Below, one piece after another: positions 1 through 9,291 of a DNA stretch of 64,000 nt (its first letter is position 1; each line of letters starts with the position of its first letter). A model generated the notes under the pieces. It had not been told where the DNA came from. It searched no databases and worked only from the letters and a program-made list of their open reading frames with translations. The DNA comes from an uncultured Gallionellaceae bacterium. GTDB lineage: Bacteria > Pseudomonadota > Gammaproteobacteria > Burkholderiales > Gallionellaceae. The translations under genes were made by a program, and so were the position numbers. The stretch covers positions 10,029 through 74,028 of the forward strand of contig CAZNAD010000010.1 of assembly GCA_964571195.1 (NCBI GenBank), given 5' to 3'.

Positions 1-127
1 GTCGGCGAAGCACTGCGACAATTTGCCGCGCTGTAGGAACGGTAACAAAGTGTGTGCCAAGTGCAACGGCTTTATGCCGGGGTGCAAGGTGCATTGAATT
101 TTAATTTCGCTCTAGGGAGGAGATACT

Positions 128-1558
128 GTGGAAGCGACTCAAGCGACACCAGTAAAGTACGATATGGACGTGGTGCGATGGTTCACCATTGCAGCCGTCA
201 TCTATGCGGTTGTGGGTACGTTGGTCGGTGTGATTGTTGCAGCCGAATTAGCGTGGCCTTTTTTGAACATGGACATCCCTGAAATCACTTTCGGGCGTCT
301 GCGTCCGCTGCATACCAATGCGGTGATTTTTGCCTTCGGCGGCTGTGTGCTGATGGCGACCGGTTTCTACATCGTGCAACGCACGGGTGCGACTAAGCTG
401 TGGAGCAACGGTCTGGCTTGGTTCACCTTCTGGGGTTGGAACCTGATTATCGTTTCTGCGGTAGTCACTTTGCCGCTGGGTTGGACTTCCGGTAAGGAAT
501 ATGCCGAATTGGCATGGCCGATCGATATCGCGATCGCAGTCGTCTGGTTGTCGTTTGGTCTGAATCACATCATGACCACAGCGATCCGCAAGACTTCCCA
601 TATCTACGTTTCCAACTGGTTCACCATGGGCATGATCGTGATGATCACTTATCTGCACGTGGTTAACAGCATGGCGATTCCAGTGAGCCTGACTCAAGCC
701 TACTCCATCTACTCTGGCGTTCAAGACGCTATGATCCAATGGTGGTGGGGTCACAATGCGGTGGGTTTCTACCTGACCGGTGGCTTCCTCGGCATCATGT
801 ACTACTTCATTCCTAAGCAGTCTGGTCGTCCAGTGTTCTCGTATCGTTTGTCTGTGTTGCACTTCTGGACATTGACTTTCGGCTACGTATGGCTGGGTGC
901 TCACCACCTGCAATACACTGCACTGCCTGACTGGACCGGTTCTTTGGGTGCGGCTGTTTCTCTGGCGATGATCATCCCGTCCTGGGGTGGTGCGATGAAC
1001 GGTATGATGACTTTGTCCGGTGCATGGGACAAACTGCGTACCGACTACATCCTGCGCTTCCTGGTGACCGCGATGGCTTTCTACGCGATGTCTACCTTCG
1101 ATGGTCCGGTTATGTCCATCAAGACTGTGAATGCCCTGTCGCACTACACTGACTGGACCGTTGGTCACGTTCATGCGGGTGCTCTGGGTTGGATGTCGAT
1201 GATCTCCTTCGGTGCGATCTATCACATGGTCAAGAAGCTGTGGAATACCGAAATGTATTCCGACCGTCTGGTGAACGTGCACTTCTGGGTTGCGCTGGTT
1301 GGCGCGGTGACTTACATCGTTGCGATGTGGGTGTCCGGCATTATGCAGGGCCTGATGTGGCGTGATTATGACGAATTCGGCACACTGACCTATACCTTTG
1401 TTGAGTCCGTATCCGCAATGCATCCTTACTATGTGATGCGTACAGTTGGCGGTGCGATCTTCAATCTGGGTACATGGATCATGCTGTTCAACGTGGTGAT
1501 GACAGTGCGTCAAGCCAGCGCTGCACGCGGTGTGAATGCCGTTACAGCTAAAGCATAA
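128..1558 (+). CDS. ccoN: cbb3-type cytochrome c oxidase subunit I (CcoN)
   Basis: 476-aa polytopic ORF with haem-copper oxidase motifs ([26 protein letters not shown]). GTG start lies just downstream of a GGGAGGAG RBS. Followed by ccoO-Q-P. Confidence 0.95.
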   Translation: MEATQATPVKYDMDVVRWFTIAAVIYAVVGTLVGVIVAAELAWPFLNMDIPEITFGRLRPLHTNAVIFAFGGCVLMATGFYIVQRTGATKLWSNGLAWFTFWGWNLIIVSAVVTLPLGWTSGKEYAELAWPIDIAIAVVWLSFGLNHIMTTAIRKTSHIYVSNWFTMGMIVMITYLHVVNSMAIPVSLTQAYSIYSGVQDAMIQWWWGHNAVGFYLTGGFLGIMYYFIPKQSGRPVFSYRLSVLHFWTLTFGYVWLGAHHLQYTALPDWTGSLGAAVSLAMIIPSWGGAMNGMMTLSGAWDKLRTDYILRFLVTAMAFYAMSTFDGPVMSIKTVNALSHYTDWTVGHVHAGALGWMSMISFGAIYHMVKKLWNTEMYSDRLVNVHFWVALVGAVTYIVAMWVSGIMQGLMWRDYDEFGTLTYTFVESVSAMHPYYVMRTVGGAIFNLGTWIMLFNVVMTVRQASAARGVNAVTAKA

Positions 1559-1571
1559 GGGGAGAGAAAAC

Positions 1572-2369
1572 ATGTCTGATCACGACAAAATTTATTCAAC
1601 ACAATTTCAGGACAAGATCGAGCGCAGTACGCTCCTGATGTTTGTGCTCACTGCGATTGCCGTGGCTTTTGGCGGTATCGTTGAGATTGTGCCTCTGTTC
1701 TACCTGCCTAACACGGGTATGACGAGTGCGGATGGTACGTACAACAACACTTCCCATAAGGACAAGCAAGGCAACGCTATCCCGATGGACAAGATCGTGT
1801 GGAATCCGACTACTTCGGCCCACAAGACCTTGGCCGAGTGGCAGCCTGGCGATGGCGTGCGTCCTTACACCGCGCTGGAAACAGCGGGTCGTGCAGTGTA
1901 CATCCGCGAGGGTTGCTTCTTGTGCCACTCGCAGATGATTCGTCCGTTCCGCGACGAGAAGGATCGTTATGGTCACTACTCGATCGCTGAAGAGTCGATG
2001 TACGACCACACTTATCAGTGGGGTTCAAAACGTACCGGCCCGGATCTGGCTCGTGTGGGCGGTAAGTATTCCGATGAATGGCATCGCAAGCATTTGAAGT
2101 ATCCGCGCGACGTGGTGCCTGAGTCTGTGATGCCCAACTACTTCTTCTTGGAAAACAAGATGGTCGATGGTGACAATGTCGTGAAAACGCTGGAAGTCAT
2201 GACAATCATGCCGTTCAACCCTGTTCCCAAGACAATCTACACCGACGCATATATCGCCGGTGCAAAGAAAGAAGTCGAAGGCAAATCAGAGATGGATGCT
2301 GTTATCGCTTATCTGCAATCCTTGGGTAATCACGTCAAGTTCGAAGAAGGCGTGAACTACCGTGACTAA
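1572..2369 (+). CDS. ccoO: cbb3-type cytochrome c oxidase subunit II, monohaem (CcoO)
   Basis: ATG at 1572 after a GGGGAGAG RBS (the ORF-track start at 1536 overlaps ccoN). N-terminal TM helix and a single CXXCH (CFLCH). Sits between ccoN and ccoQ. Confidence 0.93.
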   Translation: MSDHDKIYSTQFQDKIERSTLLMFVLTAIAVAFGGIVEIVPLFYLPNTGMTSADGTYNNTSHKDKQGNAIPMDKIVWNPTTSAHKTLAEWQPGDGVRPYTALETAGRAVYIREGCFLCHSQMIRPFRDEKDRYGHYSIAEESMYDHTYQWGSKRTGPDLARVGGKYSDEWHRKHLKYPRDVVPESVMPNYFFLENKMVDGDNVVKTLEVMTIMPFNPVPKTIYTDAYIAGAKKEVEGKSEMDAVIAYLQSLGNHVKFEEGVNYRD

Positions 2370-2574
2370 ACTGATGGATTACCTGCACACAGACTGGGCG
2401 GCAATGACCCGCAACGATTGGCTCGGAGTATTCTTTACCGTGCTGGCGTTCGTGGCGATGGTCGCGGTCTATGTGATGGTGTTCAATCCTAAGAACAAGG
2501 AAGCACTCAACTCGCAGGGCGATATGCCCCTGCGGGATGAGGTCGAGTACAACAATTTGGGAGATAAAAAATGA
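2362..2574 (+). CDS. ccoQ: cbb3 oxidase small subunit CcoQ
   Basis: 70-aa single-TM ORF overlapping the ccoO stop and the ccoP start, which is the canonical ccoQ position and size. Confidence 0.8.
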   Translation: MTKLMDYLHTDWAAMTRNDWLGVFFTVLAFVAMVAVYVMVFNPKNKEALNSQGDMPLRDEVEYNNLGDKK

Positions 2575-3524
2575 GTGACAATCACAACTCCGCTGGTGGC
2601 GTTCCAACCACGGGGCATGTATGGGATGACGATCTGGGCGATTTCACCAATCAGCCACCAAAGTGGTGGATGCTGGGTCTGACCGCAAGTACGATCTGGG
2701 TGGTGGTGTACTTCCTGATGTATCCGAGCGTGCCTCTCGCAACGCACGGAACGTATTTCCAAGGTATCGGTCTGCCAGGTTCCGGCCAATGGACAGCGAT
2801 CAAGGAATTGGAAGCTGACAGCAAGGACCTGCAAGACGTTCGCGGCAAGTATGAGGAGCAGCTGAAGGGTATGACTCCGGCGGCTATTCTGGCTGACAGC
2901 AATCTGTCCGAATACGTAATCCGTTCGGGTAAGGTGTTGTTCTCCGATAACTGCGGCGCGTGCCATGGTCAGAACGGTGTCGGTACGATGCAGTCTGGTG
3001 CAAAGTTCAAGGCGCATGAGCAAGGTCTGATGGCTCCTGTGTTGAACGACGATGATTGGCTATATGGTGGTACCGTAGAGCAAATCTACGAAAGTATCTC
3101 TAATGGCCGTCGGGCTATGATGACTGCGCACAAAGATATGTTGTCTGCTGCCGAGATCGACACTTTGGCCAATGCTGTTGCCAAGGGTGAGCCAACCTCT
3201 ACACCGTTGTTTGCCGAAAAGGGCTGCACAGCCTGCCACGGTGCCGATGGTAAGGGTATGCAAGCGATGGGCTCTGCCAATTTGACCGACAAGATCTGGC
3301 GTTTTGATGGCAGCTTGGAAGGCATCAAACACACCATTACTTACGGTGTAAACGCAGGTGACTCCTCTCGTGTGGCGGAGATGCCAAACTTTACGGCGGC
3401 AGGCAAGCTGTCTGAAGTTGAGATGAAGAAACTGGCGGTTTATGTCTACAAGTTCGGTGGCGGTAAAGCGGCAGCTCCTGCAGCGGCTCCAGCTCCTGTA
3501 GCGGAAGTTCCAGCGGCCAAGTAA
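2571..3524 (+). CDS. ccoP: cbb3 oxidase dihaem cytochrome c subunit (CcoP)
   Basis: N-terminal TM helix and two CXXCH motifs (CGACH, CTACH). Ala/Pro-rich C-terminal tail. ATGA overlap with ccoQ. Confidence 0.93.
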   Translation: MSDNHNSAGGVPTTGHVWDDDLGDFTNQPPKWWMLGLTASTIWVVVYFLMYPSVPLATHGTYFQGIGLPGSGQWTAIKELEADSKDLQDVRGKYEEQLKGMTPAAILADSNLSEYVIRSGKVLFSDNCGACHGQNGVGTMQSGAKFKAHEQGLMAPVLNDDDWLYGGTVEQIYESISNGRRAMMTAHKDMLSAAEIDTLANAVAKGEPTSTPLFAEKGCTACHGADGKGMQAMGSANLTDKIWRFDGSLEGIKHTITYGVNAGDSSRVAEMPNFTAAGKLSEVEMKKLAVYVYKFGGGKAAAPAAAPAPVAEVPAAK

Positions 3525-3573
3525 AACCCATCCTGCCGACCTTGGTCGGCAGGTCTAATGAAAGGAAATAAAA

Positions 3574-3693
3574 ATGCATGATGCCGTTTATTATGGGATT
3601 GTGATCGCCACAACATTGGCATTTTCTGTGATGATCTTTGGTCTGGTGTTCTTGTATAAGAAGGCGACTAAAAGTAAAAGTGGCGATAAGTAA
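3574..3693 (+). CDS. Small 39-aa single-pass membrane ORF downstream of ccoP (below the ORF-track length cutoff)
   Basis: Hand translation gives MHDAVYYGIVIATTLAFSVMIFGLVFLYKKATKSKSGDK: a hydrophobic helix plus a basic tail. AGGAAA lies upstream. It sits before the operon terminator. Confidence 0.4.
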   Translation: MHDAVYYGIVIATTLAFSVMIFGLVFLYKKATKSKSGDK

Positions 3694-3712
3694 TCGTTGC
3701 TAGCTTAGAAAA

Positions 3713-3740
3713 GGAGGAGGGCAGCCCTCCTCTTTTTTTA
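3713..3740 (+). terminator. Rho-independent terminator ending the ccoNOQP transcript
   Basis: GC-rich hairpin GGAGGAGGGCAGCCCTCCTC followed by a T7 run. Confidence 0.8.
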
Positions 3741-3866
3741 TTGCGGGGCGATAACCTCGTGCTTTGAAGGGGATCGCTACATGACTTTTGCGCGGGCAGG
3801 CAGAATTTAAGTAGCGTTTTCTTGTGGATGGCTATCAGGAAAGCTAAATCGAGGAAGGAGTGAGAT

Positions 3867-5303
3867 GTGAGCGATGAGTCGAAAGAAAAGACTGCTGAAG
3901 TCGGCAGCGTAACGGGGCTGTATCACGAACATGAAGAGTGGCATGTCAATTCGGGTGAAAAGACCATCCATGCGAAACGCATGCCTGGGAAGTTTCGCAC
4001 TATCAAAAATATCACCCAATCGTTCTGGCTAGTGTTCTTCCTTGGCGCATATCTGCGCTGGAATGATAAGCAGGCGATTCTCTTCGACATCGAGCACCGT
4101 CAATTCCACTTCTTTAACGTCACGATTCTGCCGCAGGACATCTGGATGTTGTCATTGTTGCTGCTTTTGCTGGCAATGACATTATTTGCGGTGACGTCGG
4201 TCGCTTCGCGGGTATTCTGCGGCTTCTTCTGTTTCCAGTCCTCTTGGGTGGATTGGTTCACTTGGATCGAAGAAAAAATCGAAGGCAACCATACCCAACG
4301 CCAGCGTCTCGACAAAGAGCCATGGACGGGCAGGAAGATTGGCCTAAAGGCCGCGAAACATGCAATCTGGCTGGTGATTGCGGTATTGACCGGAATCAGC
4401 TTCTCGATCTGGTTCGTTGATGCTTTTGAATATTGGCACAAGCTAGTGACATTCAGCCTACCGCTGGTGGGATGGGTGGTGCTGATTATGTTCATTCTGG
4501 GTACCTATATCCTGGCTGGTTTCATGCGTGAGCAGACCTGCATGTGGTTGTGCCCCTATGCACGTATCCAGGCGGTGATGGGCGATTCCCAGACCATCTT
4601 GCCTGCCTATGACGAACAACGCGGCGAACCGCGCGGCAAGATCCGTCGCGGGGTTCCGGTGGATGAAAGCAAGACCGGTGATTGCATCGATTGCTACCAG
4701 TGTGTGCAAGTGTGTCCTACCGGTGTGGATATCCGCCAAGGCCAGCAACTCGGATGTATCACCTGCGGTTTATGTATTGATGCCTGCGACTCCATTATGG
4801 ACAAGGTGGGTCGTCCGCGCGGCTTGATTCGGTATGCCTCTCTGGATGAACTGGAAGGTCGCCCGGTCAAAAAGCTATATCAGCATCCGCGTACCTGGGT
4901 GTATGTGGGAATATTGCTCCTGTCGCTGGCGGGCATCATTTATGGCTTGACCCATTTGGGAGCGCTTACCCTGCGCGTCGCACCGGAGCGCCAGCCATTG
5001 TTTGTGCGCATGAGTGACGGCACGATCCAGAACAAATACACCTTCAAGGTCTTGAACAAGACTGACAAAGACATCTACGTCAAGATCAGCGCGGAAGGCG
5101 GCATCAAAGACCAGATCATTGTCGATGCGGATCAGAAGCAATTGGCGATACATGGCAAAGCCTCCGGGTTCACCGTGTTCGTCAAGGCGCCGGAAGAAAA
5201 CATCAAAAAAGAAGTGACCAAATTGCAGTTCCGCGTGGAGTCTGTCGATGATCCGATGATCGCCGCCGAATACACCACGATGTTCAATGGCCCCAAGCGT
5301 TGA
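3867..5303 (+). CDS. ccoG: cbb3 oxidase accessory ferredoxin-like membrane protein CcoG/FixG
   Basis: 478 aa with TM helices and two 4Fe-4S ferredoxin motifs (CIDCYQCVQVCP, CITCGLCIDAC). Position is upstream of the FixH-like gene. Confidence 0.9.
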   Translation: MSDESKEKTAEVGSVTGLYHEHEEWHVNSGEKTIHAKRMPGKFRTIKNITQSFWLVFFLGAYLRWNDKQAILFDIEHRQFHFFNVTILPQDIWMLSLLLLLLAMTLFAVTSVASRVFCGFFCFQSSWVDWFTWIEEKIEGNHTQRQRLDKEPWTGRKIGLKAAKHAIWLVIAVLTGISFSIWFVDAFEYWHKLVTFSLPLVGWVVLIMFILGTYILAGFMREQTCMWLCPYARIQAVMGDSQTILPAYDEQRGEPRGKIRRGVPVDESKTGDCIDCYQCVQVCPTGVDIRQGQQLGCITCGLCIDACDSIMDKVGRPRGLIRYASLDELEGRPVKKLYQHPRTWVYVGILLLSLAGIIYGLTHLGALTLRVAPERQPLFVRMSDGTIQNKYTFKVLNKTDKDIYVKISAEGGIKDQIIVDADQKQLAIHGKASGFTVFVKAPEENIKKEVTKLQFRVESVDDPMIAAEYTTMFNGPKR

Positions 5304-5329
5304 TCGGTTAAACTGATAGGAGAGAGCGC

Positions 5330-5884
5330 ATGTTTTCGCAAAATAACAAGCAAGGCTGGCGTAACCCATGGGTATTGGGTATCGCGGTCATCATCCTGGC
5401 CGGGGTGGCTATCAATGGCCGCATGTTGTGGAACGTGATGCAACATCCCACCCGGCTGCTGGACGAAAACTACAACGTCAAGAAACACAACCAATATGAC
5501 GCGAAGTGGGTCCAGCAACAGGCTGAACGTTCGACACTGGCTTGGCAGGCCAAGCTGCACTCGCCGCAACGTTTGCAGAACGACAGCATGGCGATGGAAA
5601 GTGCGACACGTTTCATTCTTATCGCGAATCCGGCGCAACTGAAGTTCGAGCTGAATGACCGTGACGGAAAACCGATCCAGGGCGGACAAGTGGTCATCGA
5701 CGCGCAGTGGCCGGGCGACCCCAAGTTCGATAGCAGTGTGACCTTGCACGAAACGGCATCGGGCCAATACGAAGGTAGCCTCAACTTCTCGCGCGCGGGC
5801 AATTGGGACTTGCTCATCAAAGCCACCCAGGACGGGCGGATCTTCGAGATGGAGCAAAAGGTCTTTGTCGCTATTCCCAAATAA
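5330..5884 (+). CDS. ccoH: FixH/CcoH-like protein
   Basis: 184 aa with the N-terminal TM helix (NPWVLGIAVIILAGVAING) typical of FixH. Lies between ccoG and ccoI. AGGAGAG RBS. Confidence 0.75.
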   Translation: MFSQNNKQGWRNPWVLGIAVIILAGVAINGRMLWNVMQHPTRLLDENYNVKKHNQYDAKWVQQQAERSTLAWQAKLHSPQRLQNDSMAMESATRFILIANPAQLKFELNDRDGKPIQGGQVVIDAQWPGDPKFDSSVTLHETASGQYEGSLNFSRAGNWDLLIKATQDGRIFEMEQKVFVAIPK

Positions 5885-5900
5885 TCTTGCGAATTGACTG

Positions 5901-8363
5901 ATGGCACAGCATGACGATATGCACCTCGCCCACGCGGGGTGTTTTCATTGTGGGCTAGAGATTCCGGGAGATGCTGATTTCCATAGCACACTGGGTGGCG
6001 GCGCGCGCGATTTCTGCTGCTTCGCCTGCAAGTCGGTGTGTGAGGCGATCTATGAGGCCGGGCTGGAAGGGTATTACCAGCGCACGCCGCAGGGCACATT
6101 GCTGGCACCGCCGCCGACTCCCCCCAAAGACATCGAGATGTACGACATGCCGGAGGTGCAGCAGGAATTCGTGCATAGTCAGGGCGCGATCAGTGATGCA
6201 CATCTGCTGGTCGAGGGCATTCACTGTGCCGCCTGTGTTTGGCTGATCGAGCGCAGCATGATGCGCATCCCTGGTGTGCAGAGCGCAAACGTGAATCTGG
6301 CCGGCAAACGGCTGCACATCCGCTGGGACGAACAGCGCGTGAAGCTGTCCTTCCTGATCAAAGAACTGTCGAAGATCGGTTATGCCGGAGTGCCTTATGA
6401 CCCGGAGACGGCAGAGGGCGCGATGAAACGGGCCAACCGCGCGATGTTGTTCCGCCTGTTCTTCGCCGGATTCGCCATGATGAATCTTTCCCTGATCTCG
6501 ATCGCGCTTTATAGCGGAGCGGGTGAGGGACAGTTCCGCAGCTTCTTCCATTGGATGGGATGTGCGCTGGCGACCCCGACGTTGCTGTATTCGGGCTTCC
6601 CCTTCTTCAAAGGTGCGTGGAGCGGCCTGCGCAACATGCGCCTGACCATGGATCTGCCCATCGCCATCGGGCTATCCGTCACCTACGTGTATTCCCTGTA
6701 CGTGACGCTCGATGTCAGCCATCCGGGCGAAGTGTATTTCGACACGGTCACCAATCTGACCTTTGTCATTCTGATCGGACGTTATCTGGAAGGCATGTTC
6801 CGCCATCAGGCTGTGGCGGCGACCAACCGTTTGATGGAGTTGCAGCCGCGCGTGGCGACGCTGCTACAGGATGGCCTAGAAAAACTCACCTCTATCCGTG
6901 CGGTCAGGGTGGGAGATCGCGTATTGGTCAAACCCGGCAGCAAAATCCCCATGGATGGAGTGGTGCGCGAGGGGCATAGCTCCGTGGACGAATCGATGCT
7001 GAGCGGCGAGTCGATGCCGGTCAGTAAACATGTCGGCGACCATGTTGCAGCGGGAACGTTGAACGGCAGTGGTGCGCTGGTGGTGGAAGTGCTGGCCGCG
7101 ATGCAGGATTCGGCGCTATCCAAAATCATCAGGCTGGTCGAAGAAGCGCAGTCCTCCAAAGCGCCCATCCAGCGCATATCGGATCGGATCGTACCGTGGT
7201 TCGTATTGGCCACGCTGGTGTGCGCGAGCATCACGTATTGGCTGTGGGCCGACAATTTCCACATCGCGCTGATGGCGGCCACTTCGGTGCTGATCATCAC
7301 CTGCCCGTGTGCGCTGGGGATGGCGACCCCGATGTCCATCGCAGTCGCTTCCGGCCTGGGTGCCAAACACGGCATCCTCATCAAAAACGGCGAAGTGCTG
7401 GAAACACTGTCCAAGGTCACACACTTCGTATTCGACAAAACCGGCACACTGACCGAAGGCAAGATGCGATTGGTGCGCGTGGTCATGGCAGAGGGGCAGG
7501 ATGAGGCTGGCTTGCTGACCCAAGCGGCCGCAGTCGAACGGTATTCGGAGCATAGCGTGGCGCATGCCATCGTCAGCGCCGCCGATGAACGCCAGTTGAG
7601 TTATCGCAATGCCGAAGTGCACCGCTTCCTGGCGTTGCCGGGAGCCGGGGTGCAGGCGGAGCTGGATGGCCGTCGGATATTGTTGGGCACACTCGATTGG
7701 TTGCAGCGCGAACAGGTCGAGATCAGCGCGGCGCTGAGTGCGCAGCTCGGAGCATTGGAAGCGCAGGCGCAAACCTGTGTGCATTGTGCCGTGGACGGAA
7801 AACACTTGGCGATATTGGTGCTGGCCGACACCTTGCGCGGTGATGCTCAAGGTTTGATCGATACCTTGCGTGCCGCAGGTATCCGCATGACCTTGCTGAG
7901 CGGAGACCGCAAACCGGTCGCCGAAGCCATTGCCCGCCAGCTCGGCGGCATGGAAGTGATCGCCGAAGTCATGCCGCAAGACAAAGATAGCGTCATCCAG
8001 CAACTGCAACAGGGCGGAGCCTGCGTGGCGATGGTCGGAGATGGAGTGAACGATGCGCCCGCCCTGATCCGAGCCGATGTCGGCATTGCGCTGGGATCGG
8101 GAACCGATGTCTCGGTGGAAAGCGCGGATATCGTGCTGATGCAGAACGAGCTGGACAAAGTGCGTCAGGCGACATTGCTATCGCGGCGCACCTTGCGTAC
8201 CATCAAGCAGAATATCGGGCTCTCGTTCGCCTATAACAGCATCATGGTGCCGCTGGCGATGATGGGTCATGTGACCCCGCTGGTGGCGGCGATCTCGATG
8301 CCGATCAGCTCGCTGCTGGTGATCGGCAATGCCGCACGCATACGCAACCTGTTCAAAGGATAA
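5901..8363 (+). CDS. ccoI: Copper-translocating P1B-type ATPase CcoI/FixI
   Basis: 820 aa with CPC (ITCPCALG), DKTGT (FDKTGTLT) and GDGVNDAP motifs. Cys-rich N-terminus. Confidence 0.93.
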   Translation: MAQHDDMHLAHAGCFHCGLEIPGDADFHSTLGGGARDFCCFACKSVCEAIYEAGLEGYYQRTPQGTLLAPPPTPPKDIEMYDMPEVQQEFVHSQGAISDAHLLVEGIHCAACVWLIERSMMRIPGVQSANVNLAGKRLHIRWDEQRVKLSFLIKELSKIGYAGVPYDPETAEGAMKRANRAMLFRLFFAGFAMMNLSLISIALYSGAGEGQFRSFFHWMGCALATPTLLYSGFPFFKGAWSGLRNMRLTMDLPIAIGLSVTYVYSLYVTLDVSHPGEVYFDTVTNLTFVILIGRYLEGMFRHQAVAATNRLMELQPRVATLLQDGLEKLTSIRAVRVGDRVLVKPGSKIPMDGVVREGHSSVDESMLSGESMPVSKHVGDHVAAGTLNGSGALVVEVLAAMQDSALSKIIRLVEEAQSSKAPIQRISDRIVPWFVLATLVCASITYWLWADNFHIALMAATSVLIITCPCALGMATPMSIAVASGLGAKHGILIKNGEVLETLSKVTHFVFDKTGTLTEGKMRLVRVVMAEGQDEAGLLTQAAAVERYSEHSVAHAIVSAADERQLSYRNAEVHRFLALPGAGVQAELDGRRILLGTLDWLQREQVEISAALSAQLGALEAQAQTCVHCAVDGKHLAILVLADTLRGDAQGLIDTLRAAGIRMTLLSGDRKPVAEAIARQLGGMEVIAEVMPQDKDSVIQQLQQGGACVAMVGDGVNDAPALIRADVGIALGSGTDVSVESADIVLMQNELDKVRQATLLSRRTLRTIKQNIGLSFAYNSIMVPLAMMGHVTPLVAAISMPISSLLVIGNAARIRNLFKG

Positions 8364-8367
8364 GCTC

Positions 8368-8571
8368 ATGGAAGTGATCTACAGCCTCATCCCCGGCATG
8401 ACCTTTTTCGGTTTGGTGTTCGTCGCCATCCTGATCTGGGCGGTACGCCACGGGCAATACGAAGACATGGAAGGTAACGCCAGCCGTATCTTGCTGGACG
8501 ACGACGAAGACGCACTGTTGCGGGATGACGACAAGCCGCGCGAGAAGAACAAACACGACGCCGGGGAATAA
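8368..8571 (+). CDS. ccoS: cbb3 oxidase maturation protein CcoS/FixS
   Basis: 67 aa (MEVIYSLIPGMTFFGLVFVAILIWAVRHGQYEDMEG...) with an acidic tail. ATG at 8368 is in frame with the ORF-track start at 8329. Confidence 0.88.
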   Translation: MEVIYSLIPGMTFFGLVFVAILIWAVRHGQYEDMEGNASRILLDDDEDALLRDDDKPREKNKHDAGE

Positions 8572-8597
8572 CCCGGATTACCCATTAGAAAAAAATC

Positions 8598-8700
8598 ACG
8601 TCATTCCGGCGCAGACCGGAATCCAGCAGATTATCAAATCCCCGCGCAAGCGGAACGACTTCATGGTTTTGTCCGCTTCGCGGCGTATTGCATTGCAGGA
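8598..8700. repeat. REP-like cluster of short GC hairpins at the ccoS/island junction
   Basis: ATTCCGG-cgcaga-CCGGAAT (8603-8622), CCGC-gcaa-GCGG (8642-8653) and CCGC-ttc-GCGG (8673-8683). The spurious ORF reads VIPAQTGIQ, a peptide I recall being produced by REP-type elements. Confidence 0.45.
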
Positions 8701-8748
8701 TACCGGCCTTCACCAGTATGACGCCCCAAGGAAGGTCAACAAGTAGAT

Positions 8749-9264
8749 TTATTGCCACGCCGCTGGATCGGACGCCTTACTTGAGCGGATAGCGGTCTGG
8801 ATTACTTTCTGTAGCCCTTCCGTATCGAGGCCGAGCAGAATATACAAATCCCCTTCTTTGTTCTGGCGTGCTGCATACAACCGAGCCTCTGCTGATAATG
8901 CTTTATTGAGTTGCTTTGCAACCGCATCATTGATTCTATCTAATTTGGCAGGACTGATATTTTCCCCGGAAAAATATTGGGCGAGCGCCTGTGTGGAGAC
9001 AATTTTCAAGCTGAAAGCCAGTGCCTGACGCGCGCTTTTAACGGCCGTTTCCGTCATCGCCCCGATTCCTGCATCACTCGCACTCGACATGCCGGTAGCT
9101 TGTACATCCAATCCATCGACAGGCGCATCGCACACCCATCCTGGAGCAGCCTCGTCACTGCCAAAGAAGGTGCAATCCATTGCCGCGAAGCTGGGGTTCA
9201 TTGAAGCCAAAAACAAAATTAGAAACGAGACGGCAGCATTTCGGTTGATCATTTTTTTCTCCAT
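8749..9264 (-). CDS. Exported LPP20-like protein, 27 nt downstream of caspase copy A
   Basis: Signal peptide (..MNPSFAA). Paralogous to 18466-19071 (DCTFFGSDEAAPGWVCDAPVDGLDVQATG versus DCTFPSSPDVAAPDWVCTGSAEGVEVSAVG; shared YILLGLD/YVLVGLD block). Confidence 0.7.
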   Translation of the reverse strand: MEKKMINRNAAVSFLILFLASMNPSFAAMDCTFFGSDEAAPGWVCDAPVDGLDVQATGMSSASDAGIGAMTETAVKSARQALAFSLKIVSTQALAQYFSGENISPAKLDRINDAVAKQLNKALSAEARLYAARQNKEGDLYILLGLDTEGLQKVIQTAIRSSKASDPAAWQ

Positions 9265-9291
9265 GTCATGGCAAATTATTGAAACACACTG

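Noticed and set aside
94-107. TTGAA-TTTT-AATTT upstream of ccoN as an FNR box.
   Set aside because: Only the left half-site fits TTGAT-N4-ATCAA. It is also too close to the RBS. The real ccoN promoter probably lies upstream of the window.
248-1573. 441-aa ORF antisense to ccoN. Similar long antisense ORFs occur at 5132-5857, 7116-8009, 29731-30507, 32193-33110, 35376-36653, 61733-62512 and 62950-63834.
   Set aside because: These are shadow ORFs opposite strongly supported genes in GC-rich DNA. Their translations are Arg/His/Gln-rich and low in complexity, with no motifs.
3764-3777. TTGAA-GGGG-ATCGC upstream of ccoG as an FNR box.
   Set aside because: It matches the consensus at only 7 of 10 positions, which is not distinguishable from chance without a scoring matrix.
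8525-8746. 73-aa ORF in the ccoS-island intergenic region.
   Set aside because: It is a read-through of REP-like hairpins (the VIPAQTGIQ-type peptide) and overlaps the end of ccoS. It is not a credible gene.
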